Below, piece by piece: positions 1 to 9,259 of a DNA stretch of 32,000 bases. Both the position numbers and the translations under genes were made by a program. How positions within the stretch are numbered: position 1 is the stretch's first letter; each line of letters begins with the position of its first letter. Source of the DNA: Promethearchaeia archaeon (GTDB lineage Archaea; Asgardarchaeota; Lokiarchaeia; Sigyniarchaeales; SOKP01); contig JAWOFX010000137.1 in the NCBI GenBank assembly GCA_046497275.1, positions 2,642 to 34,641 of the forward strand, given 5' to 3'. The notes below the pieces were generated by a model. That model worked only from the letters and a program-made list of their open reading frames with translations, had not been told where the DNA came from and made no database searches.

Positions 1-605
1 ATATGTCCTTTTTTCCTTATTTTATGGAGTTTTTGATAATCTTGCTTTATAATATCACACAGACTTGAGCGTAATGTAATAATGTTCGTAGTAAATTTTT
101 GATTTCCATAAAATACTGTAGGAACCTTCATTTTATATTTTTCTAAAATATCATAGATCTCAAGGATATTGTCTCCTTCTTGAGGTCTAAAGAAAACCTC
201 ATATAATGAGGAAATCTCGAATTCTTTTATCTCATTTGTGAATAAATTTCTTATATATTTATCATATTCAATAAAAAATAAGAAGATACAGTCATCTATC
301 GCTAATTCGATATTATCATGTGTTGCTTGACTTAAATATTTTTTATACTCTAATCTAATCTTATTTGCTCTAATCATTTCTAAAGCAAAATCCAATAGAT
401 TTTTACCATTAATGAGCTTTTCTCTATAATAATTCAGAATGTTGATTAATATGGGTTTTGTTGGCCCGATGGATTGGTTATTCAAGAATTTCGCAATTTT
501 ATTTGGTATTTTCTGCTTTTCTGATTGTTTATTGATTCTCTCATAATAATCTAATAACCTTTTTCTGTCAATTTGGTATAATTCCTTAAATTCTTGAGAT
601 TCCAT
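1..605 (-). CDS. Hypothetical protein, 3' end truncated by the window edge (at least 201 aa); not in the ORF track
   Basis: Manual translation from ATG at 605: MESQEFKELYQIDRKRLLDYYERINKQSEKQKIPNKIAKFLNNQSIGPTKPILINILNYY...KIRKKGH. No stop codon occurs before position 1. It lies 31 nt downstream of the co-directional 637-1665 gene. No family motif recognised. Confidence 0.85.
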   Translation of the reverse strand, partial: MESQEFKELYQIDRKRLLDYYERINKQSEKQKIPNKIAKFLNNQSIGPTKPILINILNYYREKLINGKNLLDFALEMIRANKIRLEYKKYLSQATHDNIELAIDDCIFLFFIEYDKYIRNLFTNEIKEFEISSLYEVFFRPQEGDNILEIYDILEKYKMKVPTVFYGNQKFTTNIITLRSSLCDIIKQDYQKLHKIRKKGH

Positions 606-636
606 TATCTATTTGATGTGAGTAATTTTAATTATT

Positions 637-1665
637 TTATGAGTCTAATTCTTTTTCGATAAGATCTAATTCTGCTTCAGAATTTGCTCCCCATTTTGTA
701 ATATCAAAGTGAGGATTAATTTTATATAAGAACTTAAAGATATTCTCATTCCCATCAAGTAATAATCTTAATTGTTTTTTATAATATGATAAACTCCTAT
801 TATATTCAGAATCATTTATTTCAGGTATCAAAATAAATCCATAGCTTTTCTTATTACCATTTTCTTTTAAAAATTCTTCAACATACAGTATTTCTTTCGT
901 ATTACTTTTCAAATTAATTTCTCGAATATTTGGATATACATTAGATTTATCAAACAATCTTAACGTTTCATTAATTAGATTTTCATAAAAGTTAGGTATT
1001 ATAATCATTACGTAATATGATGGAATAAATGACAAAATTTTTTTTCGAATCGGATTGCTTTTCTCAAAAGTATATAAGTAAGTGTTTGAATTGTTTTCCG
1101 ATATTATTCTTTCAATTATTCCAATACAATAATAATTTTGTTGTTCTTTCCAATAAATTTTCCTAGATGAACCTAAACCGTGCTGGATTAAATTAATTCC
1201 TCTATTTAATTCGTCTCTTATAAAATCTTTAAATGAAAAATCATCTCCTAAAATACTCTCTTTTATGATTTTACCTTGGATAATGCTTGGATGAATATAT
1301 TTCGTAATTTTGTTATTAATCATATCAATATCTTCTGTATAGGGTGAACCTATTAAGGTGAACAAGTCTGTTATTCCATCGGGCGATGAATAAGTCGAAT
1401 TAAGAGTAAAAAAACTTTGAATAATATTTCGATTCATATTTCTTTCTTGATGTAAAGATAAAGACGCTTCGATAAAATTTATACGCCAATTATCGTCTTT
1501 TTCAGTTGCTGCTGTCAAAAATATAGGACCTAAAAACTTAAATGGAAGCATTTTAAGTTTCTCCTTTTTTTCCTCTGAAATATCCGTTGAGAACCTTATA
1601 TTTTCATAAATCAGATTATTCTCATCGGAAAAAAATAAACCTAAAATTGAACTTATATCTTCCAT
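637..1665 (-). CDS. Hypothetical protein (342 aa), probably in an operon with the 605-to-1 ORF
   Basis: Long stop-free ORF in AT-rich DNA with protein-like composition; no motif recognised. Confidence 0.75.
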   Translation of the reverse strand: MEDISSILGLFFSDENNLIYENIRFSTDISEEKKEKLKMLPFKFLGPIFLTAATEKDDNWRINFIEASLSLHQERNMNRNIIQSFFTLNSTYSSPDGITDLFTLIGSPYTEDIDMINNKITKYIHPSIIQGKIIKESILGDDFSFKDFIRDELNRGINLIQHGLGSSRKIYWKEQQNYYCIGIIERIISENNSNTYLYTFEKSNPIRKKILSFIPSYYVMIIIPNFYENLINETLRLFDKSNVYPNIREINLKSNTKEILYVEEFLKENGNKKSYGFILIPEINDSEYNRSLSYYKKQLRLLLDGNENIFKFLYKINPHFDITKWGANSEAELDLIEKELDS

Positions 1666-1924
1666 TTTTAAAATTCCCTTGAAATCCTAATGATATTGTT
1701 AAGAAAATTCATAAAGCTAAAAAAATTTAATTCTTTTTAAGCACTCCAATCAACGAATTAATGTCTTACAACCAATAGATAAATTTATATAATATCGAGA
1801 TATATTAGAAAAATTTAGAAGGATTTTCTTTTTTTAAGTATAAAGAGAAATTATATAGAAATAATTCAATAATTTAATAAATATATAGAATTTCCTCTAT
1901 CAAAAACGTCAGAAGAATTAAATT

Positions 1925-2740
1925 ATGGTTAGTTTAGGTTTAAATCAAAATACATGTAAAAATAAGGATCTTATAGAATTTATGGATTTTGCCCAAGATT
2001 TCCAAGGAATTGAGTTAATTTTTGAAAATATTGAAAAATATATCATAAATAATAGTAATATAGAAATAAGAGATATATTAGAATATCTAGAGACCTACAA
2101 TCTCGATTTAATTAATATTTTACGGTTAGAGGATTTCTCTCTATGCTCAGACTCCAAATTTAACAATGAAATACTTCCTAAACTGAAACAAATGCTTAAT
2201 TTTTGTTATAAATTAGGTTGTTATTTAATAACAGTTTCTCCAAGTATAGAATCAAGAGATATTCCCCAATGGAGAATTATAAGAAGGACAAAACGAAAGT
2301 TAAAAGAAATTGCTAAAATTGCTTATAAGGAGGATATAAAAGTTGGTTTTGAATTTAATAATTTACCAAATTCCTCAATCTCTACTCTTTCACAAGCTAA
2401 AGATATCTTAAAACCGTTAGTTTCTCAAGAAAATTTAGGCTATATAATTGATACCTTTTATTTATCTGTTGATATGACAAAAATAGAGGAATTAAAGGAA
2501 ATTATTAATCAAATATATCTTTTTCAACTAAGTGATGTAAATCCTTATATTAAATACCAAACTTCAAATCTTAAAGAAGAGTTTAGAACCTTTCCAGGAA
2601 ATGGAAAATTTGATTTTGAGAAATTTTTTAAATTAATAGAAGAATATGGATATAGAGATTATTACTCTATCGAGTTGTATCAAAATGAATGTAATCAAAA
2701 TATGTATTATCGATTTTTTGAATTAAATAAAATTATATAA
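1925..2740 (+). CDS. Sugar phosphate isomerase/epimerase (xylose-isomerase-like / AP endonuclease 2 TIM barrel)
   Basis: Family metal-site pattern: FQGIEL, KVGFEF, YIIDTFY, FQLSD, RTFPGNGKFDF, YSIEL. Confidence 0.8.
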   Translation: MVSLGLNQNTCKNKDLIEFMDFAQDFQGIELIFENIEKYIINNSNIEIRDILEYLETYNLDLINILRLEDFSLCSDSKFNNEILPKLKQMLNFCYKLGCYLITVSPSIESRDIPQWRIIRRTKRKLKEIAKIAYKEDIKVGFEFNNLPNSSISTLSQAKDILKPLVSQENLGYIIDTFYLSVDMTKIEELKEIINQIYLFQLSDVNPYIKYQTSNLKEEFRTFPGNGKFDFEKFFKLIEEYGYRDYYSIELYQNECNQNMYYRFFELNKII

Positions 2741-3148
2741 ACTCCATTTTAATTATAGTATTGTATTGAAAAATTGTATATTTAAATAAAAGAATTTTTA
2801 TCAGATAATAAAGTGTAAAAGGGAATTATTGTCTATTAAAAAATGTGCAAAAACTAAAATAATATAATTAAGATTTTTCATATATCTATTATAAAAGTAA
2901 AATATTACAAAAAAATGGGGAGTTAATTAATAATGCCTAATTTTATTCATCGAAAAGGTTTTCAAAAGAAAAGGGTATATGAAAATTTATATTATATCCC
3001 CGAAAGGAATAATTTAAACTCCCTTTACAACGTTTATTTAAAGAACCGTTTTTTTAATCAACATAATATGTATGAAAAATTGAATCTTTTAAATTTCGGA
3101 ATTTTTCATTTTAAAATGCGAAAGTATAACCCAGAACTTTATAAATAA

Positions 3149-3154
3149 GAGGAG
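3149..3154 (+). promoter_or_regulatory. Shine-Dalgarno-like site for the small GTPase
   Basis: GAGGAG ends 10 nt before the ATG at 3165. Confidence 0.5.
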
Positions 3155-3164
3155 AAATATATAT

Positions 3165-3710
3165 ATGCCAGATTATGATTATACATTCAAGCTTTTACTC
3201 TTAGGTGACGCTTCAGTTGGTAAGACATCATTTACTAAGAGATATTGTTACAATATTTTTAATCCAAGCGAACGTCTCACCATAGGTGTTGATTTTCACG
3301 TTAAAACAATCGAAATAGATTATAAAGGCGAACCTAAAAAAATAAAATTGCAGATTTGGGATATTGGAGGAGAGGAACGTTTTAGGTTCCTTCTCCCAAC
3401 ATATTGTTTGGGAGCGAACGCAGCTTTTCTACTATATGATATAACTCGTCCCTCCACTTTGGAGAATATTCCTGAATGGACTACGATTGTAAGACAAAAA
3501 GGGGGAGCTATTCCAATTATGTTAGTAGGGGCAAAAATCGATTTAGAACCAGACCAGAGAAAAATTGACCGTGATAATGGGATACAAATTGCTGAACGTA
3601 ATAAATTAGCTGGTTTTGTGGAAATCTCCTCAAAGACAGGTGTGAATGTTGATGAAGCCTTCGATCTTTTGGCGGAATTGACTTTAGAGAAAATGGAAAG
3701 TAAAACTTAG
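3165..3710 (+). CDS. Rab-like Ras-superfamily small GTPase (Asgard-type)
   Basis: G1 GDASVGKT; switch I TIGVDF; KLQIWDIGGEERF (G3); LLYDIT; G4 GAKID; G5 EISSK. No C-terminal Cys prenylation motif (ends ...KMESKT). Confidence 0.95.
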   Translation: MPDYDYTFKLLLLGDASVGKTSFTKRYCYNIFNPSERLTIGVDFHVKTIEIDYKGEPKKIKLQIWDIGGEERFRFLLPTYCLGANAAFLLYDITRPSTLENIPEWTTIVRQKGGAIPIMLVGAKIDLEPDQRKIDRDNGIQIAERNKLAGFVEISSKTGVNVDEAFDLLAELTLEKMESKT

Positions 3711-3715
3711 GTGGT

Positions 3716-4684
3716 ATGATGGGAGAAGAGAAATACTTAGCTCTTAACCAGTTATTTGATTCTATTGGGATAATAGAGAAAGGAATAGAGAAAATATACC
3801 ATTATTTATTATTGAATAAACGAATTGATAATTTAAAAAAGGTATGTAATGAATATAATTTAACCCTAAAAAGAGGTTATAAAATTAGTTCTGTTTTATC
3901 AGATTTAGAACTTGTTCAAACTTATGATCGCCCTATGAAAATAATTCTCCAAACTCCTGTAATACCAGTCTGGCAAAAGATTATAAATGACCGAATAGAA
4001 GATTTAAAAAGAGTTTTTGATGAGAAAGTTAATTTTTGCGAGAGATCATTAACTGATTTTATCAAGATATACGATCTAAAACAAGAACAAGTAGAACAAG
4101 AACCCGTTGAATTTATTAATTATTCAATCGATAATATTGAGGATTTATATTATCCGTTCTTAGCTGCTGAAGAATGTAAGATTGCTATGGGTATTAGATA
4201 TGAAAATACTTTAGTAAGTGCTATTAAGGATAAACCTATGGATCTGATAAAAAAGCAATTTCAGCCAAAAATCTTAACGGGAATCGAAAATATCGTAAAT
4301 AATATTAAAACTATTAAGATCAAAGTTGTGTTTAATCAAGATATAATTGATGTTTTATTGAATAGCAGAGAATATATGATTTTAACCAGTTTGTTAGAAT
4401 CTATTAATTTTGAATTCAAGGAGCTACACACTCAAGTCACAGAGGAGGATTTCAGCAATTTTAACCTTGTGGATGATGAATTGATACAACCTAGCTTCGA
4501 TCCTGCAAATAAATTAATGGGGGCATATATTTCGAGAAATAAAAACATATATCAAGTTTTTGAAGATAAATTTGAAGATTTATTCAATAAAAGTATTCCG
4601 ATTAATCAATTTTTAGATAAAAGCGAAAGTCTTAAAAAAAAAGTACTTTCTGATATACAACGTTTTGTTTTATGTTTATTATAA
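3716..4684 (+). CDS. TrmB-like transcriptional regulator (N-terminal wHTH, C-terminal effector-type domain)
   Basis: N-terminus LFDSIGIIEKGIEKIYHYLL...GYKISSVLSDLELVQTYDRP resembles the TrmB HTH. Coiled linker, then a beta-rich C-terminal domain. Starts 5 nt after the GTPase stop. Confidence 0.6.
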   Translation: MMGEEKYLALNQLFDSIGIIEKGIEKIYHYLLLNKRIDNLKKVCNEYNLTLKRGYKISSVLSDLELVQTYDRPMKIILQTPVIPVWQKIINDRIEDLKRVFDEKVNFCERSLTDFIKIYDLKQEQVEQEPVEFINYSIDNIEDLYYPFLAAEECKIAMGIRYENTLVSAIKDKPMDLIKKQFQPKILTGIENIVNNIKTIKIKVVFNQDIIDVLLNSREYMILTSLLESINFEFKELHTQVTEEDFSNFNLVDDELIQPSFDPANKLMGAYISRNKNIYQVFEDKFEDLFNKSIPINQFLDKSESLKKKVLSDIQRFVLCLL

Positions 4685-4864
4685 TCATTATAGGCAAGAA
4701 ACTTGAAAACTCTTTTTAAAACTGCATTACTGATCTTTTTCAAGAATGTTGTTCAGCTAAAATATCTTAAAGATTAAATTAGAGAATTTACATGATAAAA
4801 TCCGATAGTAAAAAAAATAATAATAAAAATATTATAATTGAATATTTATGATTTTAGAGAGCTT

Positions 4865-6430
4865 TTAACATTCTTTGTCTTCTTGCGTTTTTTGTTTCCA
4901 CTTCATTGCCTTTCTATATCGTTTTAACAACTCTCTGGGAGTGACTGGGTGTTCAGAACGTTCAAACCTTGTTGGATTTTTACTTAAACCAAATAAATAC
5001 TTACCTATTTTTTTAAGGTCTCTCATAGGATACCTTCCCATCATTGCGATGGTTTCCATTTGTGGACTTCCTCCACCATGGAGTCCAGCAACTTGTAGAA
5101 TCCCTCCTATATCAGAACATCCTAAAGTTTCAATTCCTTTTATTATTTGTAAGCCTTTTTCTGGATCCATTCTAGGATTTCTCTGCATATATTTTAGGGC
5201 TAATGGACCAATATCCGTATTTGTAAAGGTTTCTAAATAGGGCAAAGTGGCCATTATCCCACCAGTAATGTCAGCTAAAATTTCATACTCTTTATAGATA
5301 TTCTCTCCTGCTAATCTTCTTCCGGCATTTGTTAAAACTTCATCAGGAATTTGGGTTCCTGAAGATGATTTTTCAGAATGCATAGCACTTGATTCTCCTG
5401 CTGCAAAAACCAATTCTGCAGTCCCAACTAAATGAGAAATTTTAGTGGAAACATGCTTTTTATCTTCTATATTATTATATTCTGCAGCTAAAGAACAAGC
5501 GCTGGCTAATATCTCACTAATGGCGGGTTTACATCCTGTATAAGAATGTCTATGATAATGTGCGAACATAAGGGCTAAAAATCCTCCATAAGCAGTTGCA
5601 TTAGGGTTTTCCTTTCCATTGAGAAACACTCTTTCTTTAGGAATAAACACGTCATCAAAGACAATCATTGTTTCAACATCTCCTAATTCGGCAGTAGGGG
5701 TTCTATATTTTTCGGGAAGGTTTTGAATTCCATGTACCCATGCAGGTCTTGCTAAGAGTTTAACACCTTCCCAATCACAAGGAATGGCAAATGAAACCGC
5801 ATAATCCTTATCCTCAGGTCCTAAATATCGACAGGGAACTGATACGATTTCATCAACATAACACGTATTAGTTATACATTGTTTAGCTCCTCGAACTATT
5901 ATCCCATCATCTCTTGTTTCTACTACTCTTACATACGCGTCTGGATTTTCCTGTTCATGAGGTCTTTTTGATCTATCTCCTTTTGCATCGGTTGAAGCGC
6001 ATGAAGCTGATAAATCTTTCTCTTGGAATTTTCTCATGTATTTGTTGAAATTCTCATTATAGTTTGTCCCAAGGGCCTCATCACATTCATAGGTTACCAC
6101 AGAAAGGGCATTTAAAGCATCAATTCCCATACATCTTTGAATACATCCTCCCACTTTATGGGATAAAACTCTCGTCATTCGTTGTTTTTTGAGAAGATCC
6201 TCTTTATTTTGATGAATGTGAGTGAAACGATTGATTTTCTTGCCAGTATAATGGGATATTGCTGTACATAAATCCTCATATTTTGGATCAAACGCACACT
6301 TATATGTCTCTTTTACGATGTTTATTCCTCCTTTAATCCTCCAATCATCTCTTCCTACAATTTCATCCCCAAGATAGATGTTAGGTTTCATCTTATAAAG
6401 ACCTTCTATATATTCCTTGGCAGTTCTCAT
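4865..6430 (-). CDS. 4-hydroxybutyryl-CoA dehydratase / 4-hydroxyphenylacetate 3-hydroxylase family protein (AbfD-like, divergent)
   Basis: MRTAKEYIEGL start; CIQRC (Cys96/Cys100); TDAKGDR; VRGAK; FDDVFIP; HRHSYTGC; LHGGGSP. These retain the AbfD [4Fe-4S] ligand pattern. Confidence 0.9.
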   Translation of the reverse strand: MRTAKEYIEGLYKMKPNIYLGDEIVGRDDWRIKGGINIVKETYKCAFDPKYEDLCTAISHYTGKKINRFTHIHQNKEDLLKKQRMTRVLSHKVGGCIQRCMGIDALNALSVVTYECDEALGTNYNENFNKYMRKFQEKDLSASCASTDAKGDRSKRPHEQENPDAYVRVVETRDDGIIVRGAKQCITNTCYVDEIVSVPCRYLGPEDKDYAVSFAIPCDWEGVKLLARPAWVHGIQNLPEKYRTPTAELGDVETMIVFDDVFIPKERVFLNGKENPNATAYGGFLALMFAHYHRHSYTGCKPAISEILASACSLAAEYNNIEDKKHVSTKISHLVGTAELVFAAGESSAMHSEKSSSGTQIPDEVLTNAGRRLAGENIYKEYEILADITGGIMATLPYLETFTNTDIGPLALKYMQRNPRMDPEKGLQIIKGIETLGCSDIGGILQVAGLHGGGSPQMETIAMMGRYPMRDLKKIGKYLFGLSKNPTRFERSEHPVTPRELLKRYRKAMKWKQKTQEDKEC

Positions 6431-6640
6431 ACTTTTATCATCTAATTTTTTGATTTTATAGTTATTAATTGTATAAAATACTTGAATCCTTTAATATCAA
6501 ATTCTTATCTTGTGAAATAAATTCCTTTAATAGAATTAGATATCATATGTATAATCTTTTGATTTAGGACTATATAACTTTATCTTGGAAAAAATAAAAA
6601 AAAATAGTAAAAGTTAAAGGTTTTTTAGATTTTGAATGGT

Positions 6641-7087
6641 TTAGTGATATCTTTCTGTAGTAAATACTAACCATAAAAAGCCGACTGCCCCAATTACTAA
6701 AACGATAATAGTAATATAGTTAATCCATTCTAACCACCATGCACCACCAGCACCGATAATTCCAATTAAATCAGCAACAGCATTAACCGTCATAATAGCT
6801 AATACTACTAATGCGATACCAAGAGCCCATTCCTCCTCTTTGAACATTCCAATACCTGCTATAATTGCGAAAACTCCCAAAGTGATTGTGACCAATCCTT
6901 GACTTCCAAGTATTGATTGTAGTTCCTGACTTACTGTAGAACCTAAAACCCAAGATGGTAATGTAAGAGGAATGCCCGCCCAGGTTAAAAATTCCATCAC
7001 TGCTAGAAAAATATAGAACGCTCCTAAGAGAATTAAAATTATATTAAGTAATTCATTTGAGTCTTTTACTTTTGTTTCTTCACTCAT
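6641..7087 (-). CDS. Small integral membrane protein (about 4 transmembrane helices), function unknown
   Basis: Four long hydrophobic stretches in 148 aa. Confidence 0.8.
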   Translation of the reverse strand: MSEETKVKDSNELLNIILILLGAFYIFLAVMEFLTWAGIPLTLPSWVLGSTVSQELQSILGSQGLVTITLGVFAIIAGIGMFKEEEWALGIALVVLAIMTVNAVADLIGIIGAGGAWWLEWINYITIIVLVIGAVGFLWLVFTTERYH

Positions 7088-7630
7088 ATTTAGACACTTT
7101 TTTTATTGAATTGTCAAGTGAAAAATTGTTTTCTAAAATATTTAAACTTTATTTATTTATCAAGGCTATTTGCGTTATTAAAAATATCTTCCTTTATGAC
7201 TTTCTCTATCGCTATTTTACTATTATTGTTAGAATATTAATAAATCCAAAAATGAGTACCAAATCTCTTTAAAAATTTATATATTTATTATTCATATTTT
7301 TATCTCTTTAAAAAAATCCAATATCAACCAAAATTTATAAAATAACGCTGAATTATATTAAAAAATGTTCAACCTTTTTCTTCTTTATAGCAATTCTTTT
7401 TAATTTAGCTCTAAATAATTAAATGTTTTATACAAAAATTAATAAGATTAAAAAGGTATTATTATATTATATTTCTGATTAGAGAGAGAAAGATTAATAT
7501 GGTAGTATTAAAATCATCACATTGCCTCTGGATTAGATATTTAATCTAAATAAGAGGTATAATTTCTTTTGATTCTTTAAAATTTTTTATACCTTCTCAT
7601 AATAATTATTTAAAAATATAATGAGTTAAA

Positions 7631-8947
7631 ATGGACAATAGAATAAGAATACTGGATGTGACCAACAGAGATGGTGTGCAAACCAGTAGATTAGGTTTAG
7701 CAAAAATAGAGAAAACAGTGATTAATATACTTTTAAATCAAATGGGGGTATATCAAAGCGAATTTGGATTCCCAACAACATTACATGAAACTAATTATAT
7801 CAACGCAAATCTAGAATTAGCTCAGATCGGAGTACTAGATCCAATCATTTTAGAGGGATGGATACGAGCAATTCCTTCTGACGTCGAGAGAGCAGTTGAA
7901 TTAACCAGAGTGGAACATTTAAACCTCTCGATTTCAACATCGAATCAAATGATTCAAGGAAAATTCCAAGGAAAGTATGACAGAGATGATGTTATCGATA
8001 TAATGACGAATGCCGTCAAACGTGCAAAGGATCTAGGTATAAAAACTATTGGTGTAAATGCGGAAGATGCCAGCAGGACTTCAATGGATTTTCTTATCAA
8101 ATTTGCAAATGCTGCAAGAAAGGCGGGAGCTGACAGGATTCGTTATTGTGATACCCTTGGTTTTGAGCGTGCATTTAGAATTCATTTCCGCTGTAAAGAT
8201 TTAACGAAGGCAGTTGAACTTCCTATTGAATTACATACGCACAACGATTTAGGGATGGCTGTCGCCACAGCAATTGAAGGTGCTAAAGGCGTAATAGAGG
8301 AAGGACAGGATGCTTATATCAATACAACAATCAATGGAATGGGAGAAAGAGCAGGAAATTGCGATTTAGTATCTACCCTTTTGGCATTAAAACATGCAGT
8401 GGATTTTGAAGAGCTTGGCCTCCTCGATCCTAATATAGATTTGAATAAAGCATGGCAAATTTCAAAATATGCTGAACATTGCTTTGGAGTACCAATTCCA
8501 GTCAATCAAGTAGGTGTTGGTGAAAATATGTTTGCACATGAATCTGGAATTCATGCTGATGGGATGCTCAAAGATCATGAGACATATGAACTTTATGATT
8601 TTAATGAATTAGGAAGAGGGGAAAAGATACTTGTAGAAACAGGACGTAAGATAACGACTGGAGAATACTCAGGTATTAGCGCGATGAAGCATGTGTATGG
8701 TAATTTTAATTTAGAGTTCAAAAACGAGGAAGAGGCGAGACAGATTTTAGAACTCTGTCGATTTGCAAATGTTCAAAAACAAAAACCACTAACTAAGGAA
8801 GAATTCATTCTTATAGCACAACATCCTAAGATATGTCAAACCATTCTAAAAATGGAGCCCCCCTCAGTTACTATATTTAAACCATACATTAAGTACAACG
8901 GGAAAAAATCAGAAACAGAAGAGGAATATCTTACGAAGAAGCAATAA
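7631..8947 (+). CDS. DRE-TIM metallolyase (homocitrate/isopropylmalate synthase family), most similar to Dehalococcoides-type Re-citrate synthase
   Basis: DVTNRDGVQT, HTHNDLGMA, GERAGN and AHESGIHADG motifs. No LeuA C-terminal regulatory domain. Segments such as QSEFGFPTT, HLNLSISTS.QMI.GKFQG and GVNAEDASRTS match my recollection of the Dehalococcoides enzyme. Confidence 0.8.
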   Translation: MDNRIRILDVTNRDGVQTSRLGLAKIEKTVINILLNQMGVYQSEFGFPTTLHETNYINANLELAQIGVLDPIILEGWIRAIPSDVERAVELTRVEHLNLSISTSNQMIQGKFQGKYDRDDVIDIMTNAVKRAKDLGIKTIGVNAEDASRTSMDFLIKFANAARKAGADRIRYCDTLGFERAFRIHFRCKDLTKAVELPIELHTHNDLGMAVATAIEGAKGVIEEGQDAYINTTINGMGERAGNCDLVSTLLALKHAVDFEELGLLDPNIDLNKAWQISKYAEHCFGVPIPVNQVGVGENMFAHESGIHADGMLKDHETYELYDFNELGRGEKILVETGRKITTGEYSGISAMKHVYGNFNLEFKNEEEARQILELCRFANVQKQKPLTKEEFILIAQHPKICQTILKMEPPSVTIFKPYIKYNGKKSETEEEYLTKKQ

Positions 8948-9259
8948 TAAATACAACGATATAATTTCTCAATTTTAATTTCTACTTTTGAATAACTCTT
9001 TTGGTAATTTATACATTGATTCAAATTTGAATTATTCATATTCTTTTTCTATTTTAGTTGTATTTGTTGATGATTAGAACTTATAATTTAATATAAAAAT
9101 TATATCTAAGAGTAAAAAACCCTAGCTAAAATAATTATTATATGATGAGTGAATGCTAATAATTATTTGAATAATAATATTTAAATTCATAATAAAATTC
9201 ATTGTTATTTATCAATTTCGAAATATAGTTTTAGAAAAAATATTAAAAAGGAATATTAT

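Noticed and set aside
2997-3012. CC-GAAA-GG tetraloop-like hairpin
   Set aside because: Stem too short, with no further riboswitch or ncRNA structure around it.
2933-3148. 71-aa ORF upstream of the GTPase
   Set aside because: F/N/K-rich translation typical of AT-rich intergenic DNA, covering the likely GTPase promoter.
7057-7272. 71-aa ORF opposite the membrane protein start
   Set aside because: Overlaps a real gene antisense and has intergenic-like composition.
7621-7629. ATG-AGT-TAA mini upstream ORF just before the DRE-TIM gene
   Set aside because: Two codons long and easily produced by chance in AT-rich DNA; no supporting signal.
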